A stretch of DNA of 64,000 bases from an uncultured cyanobacterium (GCA_963718615.1 OY970368.1:1344001-1408000); one strand, 5' to 3'. Shown: positions 40,718-51,335, counted from the first letter of the stretch. Made by a program: numbers and translations. The notes: generated by a model from the letters alone, not told the origin.

Positions 40718-41464
40718 ATGACCCCAGATTTATGGGCCAGAACCAGCGGCACTTGGATGAATGTCCTCACGGTCGCCCTAGGTTCTGGCCTTGGTTTGTT
40801 TTTACAGGAAAAATTACCCACCCGGATGCAGCGGGTCATTATCCAGGGAGTCGGTCTGCTGACGATTTTCCTGGGGCTGACGCTGGCGAGCAAACTGCTG
40901 GCGGTGCAGGCCGGACGGCTGGATGGCATCATCGTCGGGCTGATTGCCTTGGTCGCCGGTGGATTGCTGGGTGAAGGGCTGAAGCTGGAGGTACGGCTAG
41001 AGCAGCTAGGGGATTGGCTACAGCGGCGGTTTCGTGGGCAGGGCCGGTTTACGGAGGGGTTTGTGACGGCGAGCTTGCTGTTTTGCGTCGGGCCGATGAC
41101 GCTGATTGGCAGCTTAAACAATGGCCTCAGAGGGGACGATACCCTGCTGATGCTCAAGGCCGTAATGGATGGGATTACAGCGATCGCCCTCACGGGCAGC
41201 TATGGTCCCGGCGTCGCCTGCTCCTTATTCACCATTTTGCTCTATCAAGGCGGACTCTCCCTGGCCGCAGGGGCCTTGGCCCAGACCCTGCCTGACCCCG
41301 CCCAGGATCCCCATATTTTGATCGCCACCGGCATTGGGGGGCTGATGATTTTGGGGACGGGGTTAAATCTGTTAGACATGGCCAAAGTCCCTGTCGCCTC
41401 GTTTTTGCCCGCGTTGGTCTTAGGGCCGCTGGTCTTGGCGCTGGCAGTGGCGTTGAGCTCGTGA
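40718..41464 (+). CDS. DUF554 family membrane protein
   Basis: GTWMNV, EGFVTASLLFCVGPM, KAVMDG, LYQG. Confidence 0.88.
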   Translation: MTPDLWARTSGTWMNVLTVALGSGLGLFLQEKLPTRMQRVIIQGVGLLTIFLGLTLASKLLAVQAGRLDGIIVGLIALVAGGLLGEGLKLEVRLEQLGDWLQRRFRGQGRFTEGFVTASLLFCVGPMTLIGSLNNGLRGDDTLLMLKAVMDGITAIALTGSYGPGVACSLFTILLYQGGLSLAAGALAQTLPDPAQDPHILIATGIGGLMILGTGLNLLDMAKVPVASFLPALVLGPLVLALAVALSS

Positions 41465-41471
41465 GCTCCGG

Positions 41472-41699
41472 CTAGGGCGTATCCAGCAATTGCCACCAGC
41501 CCAAACTGGGGCCAATAAACCGAATCACTACCCAACCTGCCACCAAGCCGACAATCCCCACCCAAGCGCCCTTGGTGGAGAGCTTGATGAATTTTTCGGA
41601 CTGTTTTTTCGTAACGGGTAAGAACGGCAAGAGATAGTCTGGCTTCTCCTTCCCGTAGTCTTCTCCCAGGTTTTCCTGACGACGTTTGGCTTCTCCCAT
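41472..41699 (-). CDS. DUF2839 family protein
   Basis: MGEAKRR start, RFIGPSLGWW end. Confidence 0.85.
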   Translation of the reverse strand: MGEAKRRQENLGEDYGKEKPDYLLPFLPVTKKQSEKFIKLSTKGAWVGIVGLVAGWVVIRFIGPSLGWWQLLDTP

Positions 41700-41709
41700 G
41701 GTGCCTCTG

Positions 41710-42819
41710 TTAACGTAGATCTTTTAAGAGTTTGTCAATCTCCTCTAGCTTCTCACGGTTGCCCTGGTCTTTGAAGAGGCGGCTGGCGCGTTTGAACGCT
41801 TCAACAGCCTCAGACTTACGCTCCCGCGCCCGCAGGGCAATGCCTAAATCAAAGTAAGCTTCGGCATTTTGCGGATCCTTTTCGAGAATTTGTTTGTAAA
41901 CAATCATGGCCCGTGCGTAGTCCTGCTCCGCCATCAGCATCTTGCCAATGCGGGACTGGGCCTCTAAAAAATCTGGCTGGAGCGTCACGGCCCGCCGATA
42001 GGCTTCAAAGGCTTTTGGGTCATTGCCCATGGTCCGATAGACTTCGCCCAGTCGGTAGAAAATCTGGGCATTATTCCGGTCAATATTGGCCGCTTTTTCC
42101 AGGGCCGCCACGCCTTCATTGGGACGGTTGAGGCCGAGGTAGGCGATCGCCTTGCTCAACTGAATTTTGCCATTGCTGGGGGCAAACCCTTCGGCGGATT
42201 GGATGTAGGGCAGGGCCTCGCTATATTTGCGTTGCTCAATCAAAATTGCCCCGATCGCCTCATAGGGTCGCCAATCGCGGGGCTGCAGCGATTTAAGCTG
42301 TTCGTAGGCGGCGATCGCTTCTCCATAGCGCTTCTGCCGCTGGAGCAACGTTCCTAGGCCATAATAGGCTTCGTATTTTTTGCTGTCGTACTGGACAACC
42401 TGACGGTAGGCGCGGGTGGCACCGTCGTATTCTCCGAGCTTGCCGAGGGCGTAGGCCAGACCGTAGTAAAAATCGGAATTCTTGTTATCGAGAGCAATAG
42501 CCTGCTGGAACGCCGTGGCGGAGGCACGAAAGTCCCCTTTCTGGGCCTGGGCATAGCCGAGGGCGGAGTAAATACGGGGGTTTTCCCGGTCGTAGGCGAT
42601 CGCCTGCTGATAGGATTCGGCAGCCTTTTGGTAGTTCTGGCTCTTAATGGCATCCTTGGCACTGTCTAGCAGTTGATTCAGGAGAACATCTGTATCCTCA
42701 GGCTGCACGCCGGGATCAATTTGAACTCGAATCGGTTGGGCCTGGGCGGCAGCGGCACCGATCACGGGGGCAGCTAAAGCCAACAGGAGGGTCGCAAATA
42801 GAACAGTAGAACGAAACAC
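41710..42819 (-). CDS. Exported tetratricopeptide repeat protein
   Basis: Signal peptide (..AAAAQA) followed by about 8-9 TPR units. Confidence 0.88.
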   Translation of the reverse strand: MFRSTVLFATLLLALAAPVIGAAAAQAQPIRVQIDPGVQPEDTDVLLNQLLDSAKDAIKSQNYQKAAESYQQAIAYDRENPRIYSALGYAQAQKGDFRASATAFQQAIALDNKNSDFYYGLAYALGKLGEYDGATRAYRQVVQYDSKKYEAYYGLGTLLQRQKRYGEAIAAYEQLKSLQPRDWRPYEAIGAILIEQRKYSEALPYIQSAEGFAPSNGKIQLSKAIAYLGLNRPNEGVAALEKAANIDRNNAQIFYRLGEVYRTMGNDPKAFEAYRRAVTLQPDFLEAQSRIGKMLMAEQDYARAMIVYKQILEKDPQNAEAYFDLGIALRARERKSEAVEAFKRASRLFKDQGNREKLEEIDKLLKDLR

Positions 42820-42899
42820 AGTGATAACCCACTCCCAAGGAGAAGAGAAAAAGGGCGAACCCGGTAAAAACCTCTGTGATCAAGGCTTTTGGCCTGGGG

Positions 42900-42934
42900 T
42901 CTTGGACCAAGCTCTTGGACCAAACTCTTGGACC
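42900..42934 (-). repeat. 13-bp tandem repeat x~2.7 (minus-strand unit GAGYTTGGTCCAA)
   Basis: tcttggaccaagc tcttggaccaaac tcttggacc, between divergent TPR and YbjQ genes. Confidence 0.85.
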
Positions 42935-43089
42935 TGCGCGATCGCTTTTAAGTTCCATGGCTCCCCTCGGGGTATCCGGAAACTCAAAGATCCAAATGAC
43001 GAATTCCAATGCAAGGGACCCTCATTCTACAAGCTGTAAGTCCAGATCAACGCGTAGTATGCTGAAAGAAATTCGATTCCTAGGCCAGG

Positions 43090-43416
43090 ATGATTACAAC
43101 CACGACGGATTTTCTTCAGGGCTACGAAATCACGCAGTATCTCGGCCCGGTGACGGCAGAAGTTGTCTATGGAACCAATGCTCTGCGTGATTTTATGGCA
43201 GGGCTGCGGGATGTCTTTGGCGGGCGCACCGGTAGCTATGAACGGGTATTTGAAAAGGGCCAGCAGGAGGCCATTCGAGAGCTGGAGGATCGCGCCCAGC
43301 GGCTGGGGGCCAATGCGGTGGTTGGTATGCGATTGAATACGGATTCGATCAATATCGACAATGAAGGCGTTTTGTTTCTGATTACCGCCACGGGCACCGC
43401 TGTCACGTTACGCTAA
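43090..43416 (+). CDS. YbjQ/UPF0145 family protein
   Basis: MITTTTD..GYEI.YLG, RDVFGGRTGSYE, LGANAVVG, ATGTAV. Confidence 0.9.
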   Translation: MITTTTDFLQGYEITQYLGPVTAEVVYGTNALRDFMAGLRDVFGGRTGSYERVFEKGQQEAIRELEDRAQRLGANAVVGMRLNTDSINIDNEGVLFLITATGTAVTLR

Positions 43417-43434
43417 GCCAATGGGAGACAACTG

Positions 43435-44856
43435 GTGGGGTTAATTTTTAGCTTGTTGCTGGGGCTACTGGTGGGATTGCTGCTGGGGGCGATCGCCACC
43501 GCCCAACTCCTCAAAGCCCGTGAACAAACAAGGATTGAAAAGAACAAAGCCGATCTGGCTGCCGAACGAGCTACAACCCTAGAACGGTTGCAGCAACAGG
43601 ACCAACAAGCCCAACGGCTCAATGCCACCCTCCAAGAAAAACAGTTGCGGATTGAACAGGTGCAAACCGATAATACTGCTCTTAAAGCCCAAGTAGCGGC
43701 CCTTGAAGCTTACCTAGGGGAAACCCAAAAACATGCTGCCGAGAAGTTAGCGCTGTTGGAAGACGCCCAAACCCGGTTGTCGGAAACCTTTAAGCTGCTG
43801 TCTGCGGAGGCTTTGGACCGGAGCAATCAGTCGTTTTTGGCGATCGCCAAGAGCACCCTCACCCAATTTCAAGACCGCGCCCAGCAGGATCTGGGCTATC
43901 GCCAGGAGGCGATCGAAACCCTCGTGCGTCCCCTCGCGGTCTCCCTGGAAAAGGTCGGTCATAAGCTCCATGAAATCGAAACCGCTCGGGTATCGGCCTA
44001 TGCCAGTTTGACGGAGCAGGTCAAGTCTCTAGCGGTGACTCAGTCGCAATTGCAACAGGAAACGGGGAATTTGGTTAAAGCCTTGCGATCGCCCACCGTG
44101 CGCGGTCGCTGGGGAGAAATTCAGCTCCAGCGGGTTGTCGAAATTGCCGGAATGGTGGAATATTGCGACTTTGTTCAGCAGGCCACCGCCACGACGGACC
44201 AAGGGCGATTGCGTCCGGATATGGTGATTCAGTTGCCCAATCGCAAAAACATCGTCGTGGATTCTAAGGTCCCCCTACAGGCCTATTTGGAAGCCTTGGA
44301 AGCCCCCGATGAAACCAGCCGCAAACGCCAGCTCCAAGCCCATGCTAAACAGGTGCGGAACCATTTGGTGCAACTGGGCGCAAAATCCTATTGGGAGCAA
44401 TTCCAGCCCTCGCCGGAGTTTGTGGTGCTGTTTTTGCCGGGGGAAACGTTTTTTAGCGCGGCCTTAGAGCAGGACCCAAGTCTGATCGAGTTTGGGGTCA
44501 ATCAAAGCGTGATTCTGGCGACGCCAACAACACTAATTGCCCTGCTCAAAGCCGTCGCCTACGGCTGGCGACAGGAGCAAATGGCCGAAAATACGCAAAT
44601 GGTGCAGGATTTAGGCCAGGAACTCTACGATCGCACTCGCACCTTTGTCGGCCATTTTGTGAAGCTCCGCCGCAATTTGAATACCACCGTCGATTCGTTT
44701 AACAAAGCCGTGGGCTCCCTAGAATCCAGGGTCTTGGTCACGGCCCGGAAGCTCAAAGAAACCGGAGCCGCGACGGGCGAAGCGCTAGAAACGGTCGAGG
44801 GCATCGATCTCGTACCACGAGCCTTACAAACGGAGGAGACCGAGGAGGCGTCTTAA
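43435..44856 (+). CDS. rmuC: DNA recombination protein RmuC
   Basis: N-terminal TM plus coiled coil, RGRWGEIQL, RPDMVIQLP, VDSKVP, FVVLFLPGE, TPTTLIALL. Confidence 0.93.
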   Translation: MGLIFSLLLGLLVGLLLGAIATAQLLKAREQTRIEKNKADLAAERATTLERLQQQDQQAQRLNATLQEKQLRIEQVQTDNTALKAQVAALEAYLGETQKHAAEKLALLEDAQTRLSETFKLLSAEALDRSNQSFLAIAKSTLTQFQDRAQQDLGYRQEAIETLVRPLAVSLEKVGHKLHEIETARVSAYASLTEQVKSLAVTQSQLQQETGNLVKALRSPTVRGRWGEIQLQRVVEIAGMVEYCDFVQQATATTDQGRLRPDMVIQLPNRKNIVVDSKVPLQAYLEALEAPDETSRKRQLQAHAKQVRNHLVQLGAKSYWEQFQPSPEFVVLFLPGETFFSAALEQDPSLIEFGVNQSVILATPTTLIALLKAVAYGWRQEQMAENTQMVQDLGQELYDRTRTFVGHFVKLRRNLNTTVDSFNKAVGSLESRVLVTARKLKETGAATGEALETVEGIDLVPRALQTEETEEAS

Positions 44857-45782
44857 CCCAGCTTGCATTGGGCCTTGCCCCCTTGCTCAATCCAGCCGTG
44901 AATTAACCCCGAAGTAGACTGAGCCGCCCCGCAACGTCCTGCGCCATCAATGACAATCACGCCCCCATCCCCCTGGACCTTGGCCACGAGATAATCAACC
45001 CCGGCCTGGGCTGCCGCTGCTGCATCCATTCCTTTGAAGAGCACAAAATCAGAGATGGTTTTGGCAAAAACCGTCCGCAAAAACTGCTCCCCATACCCCG
45101 TCGCCGAGACTGCGCAGGTGTCATTGTCCGCAAACACCCCCGCCCCCACGATGGGCGTATCGCCCACCCGGCCCCAACGTTTGTTCACCAATCCCCCCGT
45201 CGAAGTTGCAGCAGCCAAATTGCCCTGGAGATCGCGGGCAACGGCCCCAACAGTCCCCAGCTTTTGGGCGGGTTTGACGCGCTCATAGTCAAGGGTAATG
45301 CGACCTGCGGCTTGGGCGGCTTGGAGCTGCTGAATGCGAGCTTCCGTGACAAAATAGTCGTCCGGGCACAGCTCCGCTTGACAAAACTTGGCAAATTCCA
45401 AGGCCCCTTCCCCGGCCAACAACACATGGTCTCCCTGCTCTAGCACTTGACGGGCGAGGGCGATGGGATTTTTGACCTGTTTTACACAGGTGACACCTCC
45501 CGCCTTGAGGTCGCTGCCGTTCATCAGCGCCGCATCCATTTCAACCTGGCCCTGGGCATTGAGGACAGACCCCCGTCCGGCATTGTAGAACGGCTCGTTT
45601 TCCAGCAGGACCACGCAATACTCCACCACATCCAGCGCACTGTCTCCGGCCTCAAGTCGCTGGCGGCCTTGTTCCAGAATGGTGATGACGCTGTGGTGAA
45701 AATCGGCCTCGCTGGCTTCAGCCTTCATATCCTCTAGGGCACCTGCCCCACCGTGGATCATTAATGAATAGGAATCAGACAT
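44853..45782 (-). CDS. iaaA: Isoaspartyl peptidase / plant-type L-asparaginase
   Basis: IHGGAG, NAGRGS, Ntn nucleophile GTVGAVA, TSTGG, GRVGDTP, SATGYGE. Confidence 0.92.
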   Translation of the reverse strand: MSDSYSLMIHGGAGALEDMKAEASEADFHHSVITILEQGRQRLEAGDSALDVVEYCVVLLENEPFYNAGRGSVLNAQGQVEMDAALMNGSDLKAGGVTCVKQVKNPIALARQVLEQGDHVLLAGEGALEFAKFCQAELCPDDYFVTEARIQQLQAAQAAGRITLDYERVKPAQKLGTVGAVARDLQGNLAAATSTGGLVNKRWGRVGDTPIVGAGVFADNDTCAVSATGYGEQFLRTVFAKTISDFVLFKGMDAAAAAQAGVDYLVAKVQGDGGVIVIDGAGRCGAAQSTSGLIHGWIEQGGKAQCKLG

Positions 45783-45807
45783 GGTTGTAGCGTTTAAGTT
45801 GTAGCGT

Positions 45808-47568
45808 TCAAAGGGATAGATCTTCCCCCGGCACCAGCTCTTCTAGGATCCGGTAGCGAATATGATTAATCGCCAGGTCTCCGAGCGACACGTCCTCCGG
45901 CTTATCCGCTGCTTTCATTTTTTCAAAACTGATTCCCTTACCAATTTCTGTGTGATACCAGGATAGACCCATGAAAAAGCGGGTGGGATAGGGTCCGCGA
46001 TCAATCACGTCATCGACGTTTGACTCCATCGGCAACCAACCGATCCCCGGCACATAAAACTCTAGCCATACATGGTTGAAGTCCGGTTCTAGGGGAATGT
46101 TGCGGCGATCGGGATGGGGCGGACATTTATAGCGTCCAATCGTGCGACAGGCGATGCCATTCAGCCGCGCCAGCGCCAACAACACCCCTACATATTCGCC
46201 ACAGGAGCCCACACCTCGGGCTAGGGCCACATCAGGGGTATCGATTCGGGGCTGGATGCCGTAGGAGAGGCGATCGTAGACATAATTGCGAATCTTCAAC
46301 ATTTTGCGCAGCACGTTGGTTTCCGTTCCGCTGGCAGCCTTGGCGGCTTCTTGAATGGTGCTAGTTTCCATGGCAAGCTCATCGTCGTCGACCAAGTAGC
46401 GCGCCTGAAACTCCGGCGATAGCGGCGGACTATCCTCCACATCCCTTGGGGATAGGTAATATTTGAGACTATACATTTCGACGATCGCCCGCCAGCCAAA
46501 CAGCCCGCCCTGATGGGGTTGAAGCTGATCAAACTTGAACACTGCGACCCGCTGTCCTTCCTGCTCTTCAATCACAAAGGGATGACCAATCGGTTCCACT
46601 TGGCGCACCCGCTGACGCAGCGTATCCGATGGTAAGGCAATCCGCCATTCTACTTGATTGATGGTGACGGCTTCGAGGGGCAGTAGTTCTTCCACGTAAG
46701 ATAGCTCCACCAGATAGCCATTGGAGAGGGTATAGCATTCCTCAGGGTTATGGTAGAGATTCAGCGGGTGGATAAAGGTGCGATCGCGAAAGGTCAACTG
46801 ATAGGGATAGGAACTATTGGGATCATCGCGAATGTAGGGCTCCTCATCGGCATAGGCCACATAGCAAATCGGGGTACTTGAGGCTTTCGGTGTGGTGCGG
46901 CGACCTTTGCCTTTGGGGTCCTTCGGTGTGTAGAAGGCAATACCGACCGGAGAACTAAAGGGGGTCAAGGCACTAAACCGCAGTTGCCCCGTGGCTCGAT
47001 CCAGGCAATAGATCGTTTGTTCGGTGCGATCGCACACCCAAAGCTCCTCCCCCATCACCGTCAGGGTTTCTGGCCCTATACCCGGTTGGGGAAATCGGGT
47101 CACAGCCTTGCCTGTACTGCGTTCAAAGACATGAATATAGCCGGACTTGTTGCAGGAGACATACACCGTGGATTCCCAAATGGCAATGCCATCCACCGGA
47201 TAGGAAAGTCGCGCAAAGAACTGAGGGGGGGGAATCTTCGAGGGGTTAGCCGATGAACGTGCCGATGAAGGTTTCGACGCAACCTGAGGCCATTCGCACC
47301 ACCAGACCTCCTCGCCCTTGGCAAACCAAAGACTCCCTGGACCCACCGCCAATCCCACCGCATCCTGCCAGTCTTCGACCTGATAGGGGTTCAAAATCCT
47401 CGTGTCGTTGGTCGTGGGATCAATGCTGACCAGATACCCTCGAATGCTATCCACGGCCAGCAAGCGATCGCCATCCGTGGCTAAACCAGAGAGTGCATAA
47501 ACACCAATGGGTCGAAGGGTTGTGTGCTGCAGCGACGCATCCGGAAACACACGGTCGGGGTTAGACAT
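45808..47568 (-). CDS. Transglutaminase-like domain protein with N-terminal beta-propeller
   Basis: GVGSCGEY (Cys), NHVWLEFYVPGIGW (His). Propeller-like GLAxD/LWVCD repeats at the N-terminus. Confidence 0.82.
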   Translation of the reverse strand: MSNPDRVFPDASLQHTTLRPIGVYALSGLATDGDRLLAVDSIRGYLVSIDPTTNDTRILNPYQVEDWQDAVGLAVGPGSLWFAKGEEVWWCEWPQVASKPSSARSSANPSKIPPPQFFARLSYPVDGIAIWESTVYVSCNKSGYIHVFERSTGKAVTRFPQPGIGPETLTVMGEELWVCDRTEQTIYCLDRATGQLRFSALTPFSSPVGIAFYTPKDPKGKGRRTTPKASSTPICYVAYADEEPYIRDDPNSSYPYQLTFRDRTFIHPLNLYHNPEECYTLSNGYLVELSYVEELLPLEAVTINQVEWRIALPSDTLRQRVRQVEPIGHPFVIEEQEGQRVAVFKFDQLQPHQGGLFGWRAIVEMYSLKYYLSPRDVEDSPPLSPEFQARYLVDDDELAMETSTIQEAAKAASGTETNVLRKMLKIRNYVYDRLSYGIQPRIDTPDVALARGVGSCGEYVGVLLALARLNGIACRTIGRYKCPPHPDRRNIPLEPDFNHVWLEFYVPGIGWLPMESNVDDVIDRGPYPTRFFMGLSWYHTEIGKGISFEKMKAADKPEDVSLGDLAINHIRYRILEELVPGEDLSL

Positions 47569-47926
47569 CAGGATTAGACGTAGAGTATGCACAACATGAG
47601 AATCACGGACCTGAAATGTTCTTTGGTTTCTGGCCTAGGGTGCGTTTGTTTTTATACGCCAAAGACCTAGAAATGATTTAAAGTTTAGTTAGCTTAGTCT
47701 AAAAAGGGGAGCTAATTCTGCAATAAAAACTACTCGCGCTAAGTTCACGCTTCGGTTCAGACCCTGAGTCTGACTTGCCCTAGCGTAAATCTTTTGCTTT
47801 AATCCCTCCTTTAATCCCCTATGATCGAATAAGTTTCCCATTGCAGCAAGTACCCTACAGGAAGAGATTCAAAACGGACTAATCCTCTAGGATACTGATT
47901 ATTCCAGTGCAAGGATAAAATATTTT

Positions 47927-48160
47927 ATGAGAGTGATTTACGATCCGGAGACCGATATTTTACAGATTTCTTTTCGTGAAGATTCAGTTGAAGAGACGAC
48001 TCAGATTGCGCCGGGACTAATTTTAGATTATGACGAAGACGGCAGCGTTATTGGCGTTGAATTGCGGAAAGCGTCCAAGAGAGTAGATAACCCCTATGGG
48101 ATTTCCTATGAGGTAGGTCAGACTAATGGCGACAAGCCCCAACCCAAAGCTAAGGATTGA
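47927..48160 (+). CDS. DUF2283 family protein
   Basis: YDPETDILQI, LILDYDEDGSVIGVEL..AS. Confidence 0.85.
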   Translation: MRVIYDPETDILQISFREDSVEETTQIAPGLILDYDEDGSVIGVELRKASKRVDNPYGISYEVGQTNGDKPQPKAKD

Positions 48161-48348
48161 GGATTGCTTGCCAATCGAACGGCTTCTACATCAGCGACTA
48201 GTGCTCTGTCAGTGCTAGATTTTCGGGTTAAGACAGATAATTACGTCACAGGGAATAGTAGGAACCCTAATGCCTAGGCTTAACGCTGCACTAACCTGAG
48301 ATCGCCAAGGTGTAGATGGACTTGACGATCTCAAGATGAGCCTCGCTC

Positions 48349-48576
48349 TTAGTCATTCAGCCAAGATTCCTGGCCCACTAGGTCGATCACATGGTCGCGG
48401 AGCAGGTAGTCATGGGCTTCGAGGAGCTGCTCGACGGTTTGCCATTCGCGATCGCTAAAAAACTTACCCAGCTCATAGATCCGATACTGCCGGCCCACGG
48501 TGCCCCGATCGATCAAGGCTCGCACCTCGTCTTGAACATCATGGATGGAATATTGACGTACTTTAGGCATAATCAT
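48349..48576 (-). CDS. DUF4327 family protein
   Basis: YSIHDVQDEVRAL..R..IY.L..REW..E..DYLLRD..DL..W.ND pattern. Confidence 0.82.
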   Translation of the reverse strand: MIMPKVRQYSIHDVQDEVRALIDRGTVGRQYRIYELGKFFSDREWQTVEQLLEAHDYLLRDHVIDLVGQESWLND

Positions 48577-49199
48577 GTCCCCGAGAAACGAAGCCGATTT
48601 TTACAAATCGGTGGAATGGATGGCTTGATGCAAGTCAGCCTGAAAGGCCGAGCCATTTCAACAGTAAAAATCTTTAGCAGAGGCAAACACTCAAGTGACC
48701 CAGAGGATTGTGGATGAGCTCTGACGGGGGCCAAACCGAACCTCGGTAGAGCCAAAGACAACTCAATCTCAGTCGCAGCCCATTCGGTAGTGTACAGCAC
48801 AATTATTGTAGAACATTGCTCAAGGAGAAGTACAATCTCATGACAGGGAAATAGTCACGAGTTGATGACATTGTGGTGAGCTCGAAGCGCAGATTCCCCA
48901 TCAAATCCATGACGGGATTGTGCGGTCGGAGCAGGCAAATACGAGGCCAATGGGTCACTCCTGGAAAAGGATTTTTGGGCATTGCCCAGGGTTTCTGTGA
49001 AAGAAGTTGATATTTCTTTGGATAGACTTCATATTTGGTAAATTTATTGGGAAAATTATTGGGAAAGTTTTGGTGATGGGCGATCGCTAATCCCTAGGAA
49101 AAACACCAGCCCATGCGGTATATGTAGAGCCAGATCTGCCTGGCTCAGGAAGGCCATTCAAGGTCGGATTAAATCAGACGGTTAAATGTTAGGTTCAAC

Positions 49200-51314
49200 A
49201 TGACTGACTCAGTGCGAATTTTAATGTGTCCACCCCATCATTACGATGTGGACTACGTAATTAATCCTTGGATGGAAGGAAATATCCATCGCTCATCGCG
49301 GGAGCGGGCGGAGGAGCAGTGGAACAAACTTTACCAAGTCCTAAAGACCTACGCGACGGTGGATTTGGTTGAACCCCAGCCCGGTTGGCCAGATATGGTA
49401 TTTACCGCCAATGCCGGGCTGGTACTGGATAATACGGTGGTACTGAGTCGGTTTTTTCATCCTGAGCGTCAAGGAGAAGAACCCCATTTTCAAAAGTGGT
49501 TTGAAGATCAAGGCTATACCGTTCACACCCTCCCCCAGAGTTTGCCCTTTGAAGGGGCCGGAGATGCATTGCTCGATCGCTCGGGTCGCTGGCTGTGGGC
49601 CGGATATGGTTTTCGCTCGGAGCTAGATTCCCATCCCTATTTGGCCAAATGGCTGGATATGGAAGTCCTATCGCTGCGTTTGGTCGATCAGCGGTTTTAT
49701 CATTTAGATACCTGCTTTTGTCCGTTGACCGAAGGATATTTACTTTACTATCCCCCTGCCTTTGATACCTATTCAAATCATTTAATTGAATTGCGGGTTC
49801 CGGCGGAGAAACGCATTGCCATTGATGAAGTGGATGCAATTAATTTTGCCTGTAATACGGTGAATGTCGATCGCGTTGTAGTGATGAATCAGGCCAGTGA
49901 GAGCTTGAAACAAACCCTGAGCGATCGCGGCTTTACCGTGGTAGAAACGCCCCTGGGTGAGTTTCTTAAGGCGGGGGGGGCTGCCAAGTGTCTGACTCTA
50001 CGGGTAACGGAACCTCGCCAAGCGTCGCCCCAGGTTTCTACGATTCAAACCAGGGTTGTGCAGCTAGAAGGGCATTTGCTCGATTCGGGACTCGTGAACC
50101 GCACCCTCGATACCATTGTTTCCGGTGGCGGCAGTTTCCAGGTGCTGAATTTTAATCTGGGATCACAACGACAGGACCGGTCCACAGCGGAAATCAAAGT
50201 CACGGCTCCCAATGGGGCGGTGATGGCGGACATTATGGGGCAGTTGATTGATCTGGGGGCGGTGAGTTTGGCCGATGCCTCGACCTCGGCATCGGCCTAT
50301 CTGGAAGCCATTACCCAGGCAGGTGTTGCGCCAGACGATTTTTATGTGACGACGATCTATCCCACCGAGGTCTTGATCAACGACCAGTGGATTCGGGTCC
50401 AGGGTCAGCGCATGGATGGGGCGATCGCCATCACCCAATCTGCCGAAGGACCGGTCGCCCGCTGCAAACTCCTACGGGATTTAGAACTCGGGGAAGCGGT
50501 GGTGGTGGGGAGTGAAGGCATCCGCACCCTGCGCAACGAAAGTTCGCTGAAAAAACGCACCCCGGAAGAGTTCAGCTTTATGGGCGCGGGAGTGTCGAGC
50601 GAACGACGGGTGGAGCTGGTGGTGGAACAAATTGCTTGGGATCTGCGCCAGATTCGCGATCGCGGCGGCAAGGTCGTCGTCACCGCTGGGCCGGTGGTCA
50701 TCCATACGGGGGGCAGCGAACACCTCACCCATTTGATTCGGGAGGGCTATGTTCATACTTTGTTGGGGGGCAATGCGATCGCGGTCCACGACATTGAGCA
50801 ATCCCTCATGGGGACTTCCCTGGGCGTGGATATGAAGCGCGGCACTTCGGTCCATGGGGGGCACCGCCACCACCTCAAGGCCATCAACACCATCCGCCGC
50901 TGTGGCAGCATCGCCCAGGCGGTCGAGCAGGGGATTCTGACCAGCGGCGTCATGTACGAATGTGTCAAAAATAACGTACCCTTTTCCCTCGCGGGCTCGA
51001 TCCGCGACGATGGTCCGCTGCCAGATACCAAAATGGACCTCATCGCAGCTCAGACGGAATACTCCCAACTCATTCAGGGAGCAGATCTGATTCTGATGCT
51101 GTCGAGTATGCTCCACTCCATTGGGGTGGGGAACATGACTCCGGCGGGGGTGAAAATGGTCTGTGTGGATATTAATCCGGCGGTGGTGACGAAATTGAGC
51201 GATCGCGGCTCTGTCGAATCCATTGGGGTGGTCACTGATGTGGGCTTGTTCCTGAGCCTGCTGGTGCAGCAGCTCGGCAAATTGACGGGGCAATACGCAA
51301 CAACTCAAGTCTAG
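49200..51314 (+). CDS. argZ: Arginine dihydrolase ArgZ/AgrE (amidinotransferase-fold N-terminus + LOR/SDH-like C-terminal region)
   Basis: YVINPWM, PDMVFTAN, EGAGD, FYHLDTCF, KAGGAAKCL. C-terminal GVSSERR, GGNAIAVHD, GSIRDDGPLP. Confidence 0.9.
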   Translation: MTDSVRILMCPPHHYDVDYVINPWMEGNIHRSSRERAEEQWNKLYQVLKTYATVDLVEPQPGWPDMVFTANAGLVLDNTVVLSRFFHPERQGEEPHFQKWFEDQGYTVHTLPQSLPFEGAGDALLDRSGRWLWAGYGFRSELDSHPYLAKWLDMEVLSLRLVDQRFYHLDTCFCPLTEGYLLYYPPAFDTYSNHLIELRVPAEKRIAIDEVDAINFACNTVNVDRVVVMNQASESLKQTLSDRGFTVVETPLGEFLKAGGAAKCLTLRVTEPRQASPQVSTIQTRVVQLEGHLLDSGLVNRTLDTIVSGGGSFQVLNFNLGSQRQDRSTAEIKVTAPNGAVMADIMGQLIDLGAVSLADASTSASAYLEAITQAGVAPDDFYVTTIYPTEVLINDQWIRVQGQRMDGAIAITQSAEGPVARCKLLRDLELGEAVVVGSEGIRTLRNESSLKKRTPEEFSFMGAGVSSERRVELVVEQIAWDLRQIRDRGGKVVVTAGPVVIHTGGSEHLTHLIREGYVHTLLGGNAIAVHDIEQSLMGTSLGVDMKRGTSVHGGHRHHLKAINTIRRCGSIAQAVEQGILTSGVMYECVKNNVPFSLAGSIRDDGPLPDTKMDLIAAQTEYSQLIQGADLILMLSSMLHSIGVGNMTPAGVKMVCVDINPAVVTKLSDRGSVESIGVVTDVGLFLSLLVQQLGKLTGQYATTQV

Positions 51315-51335
51315 GACGCTAGACGAACGACAAAG

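Noticed and set aside
48577-49199. NtcA box or sRNA upstream of argZ
   Set aside because: Only imperfect GTA-N8-CAC/GAC matches and no convincing RNA structure.
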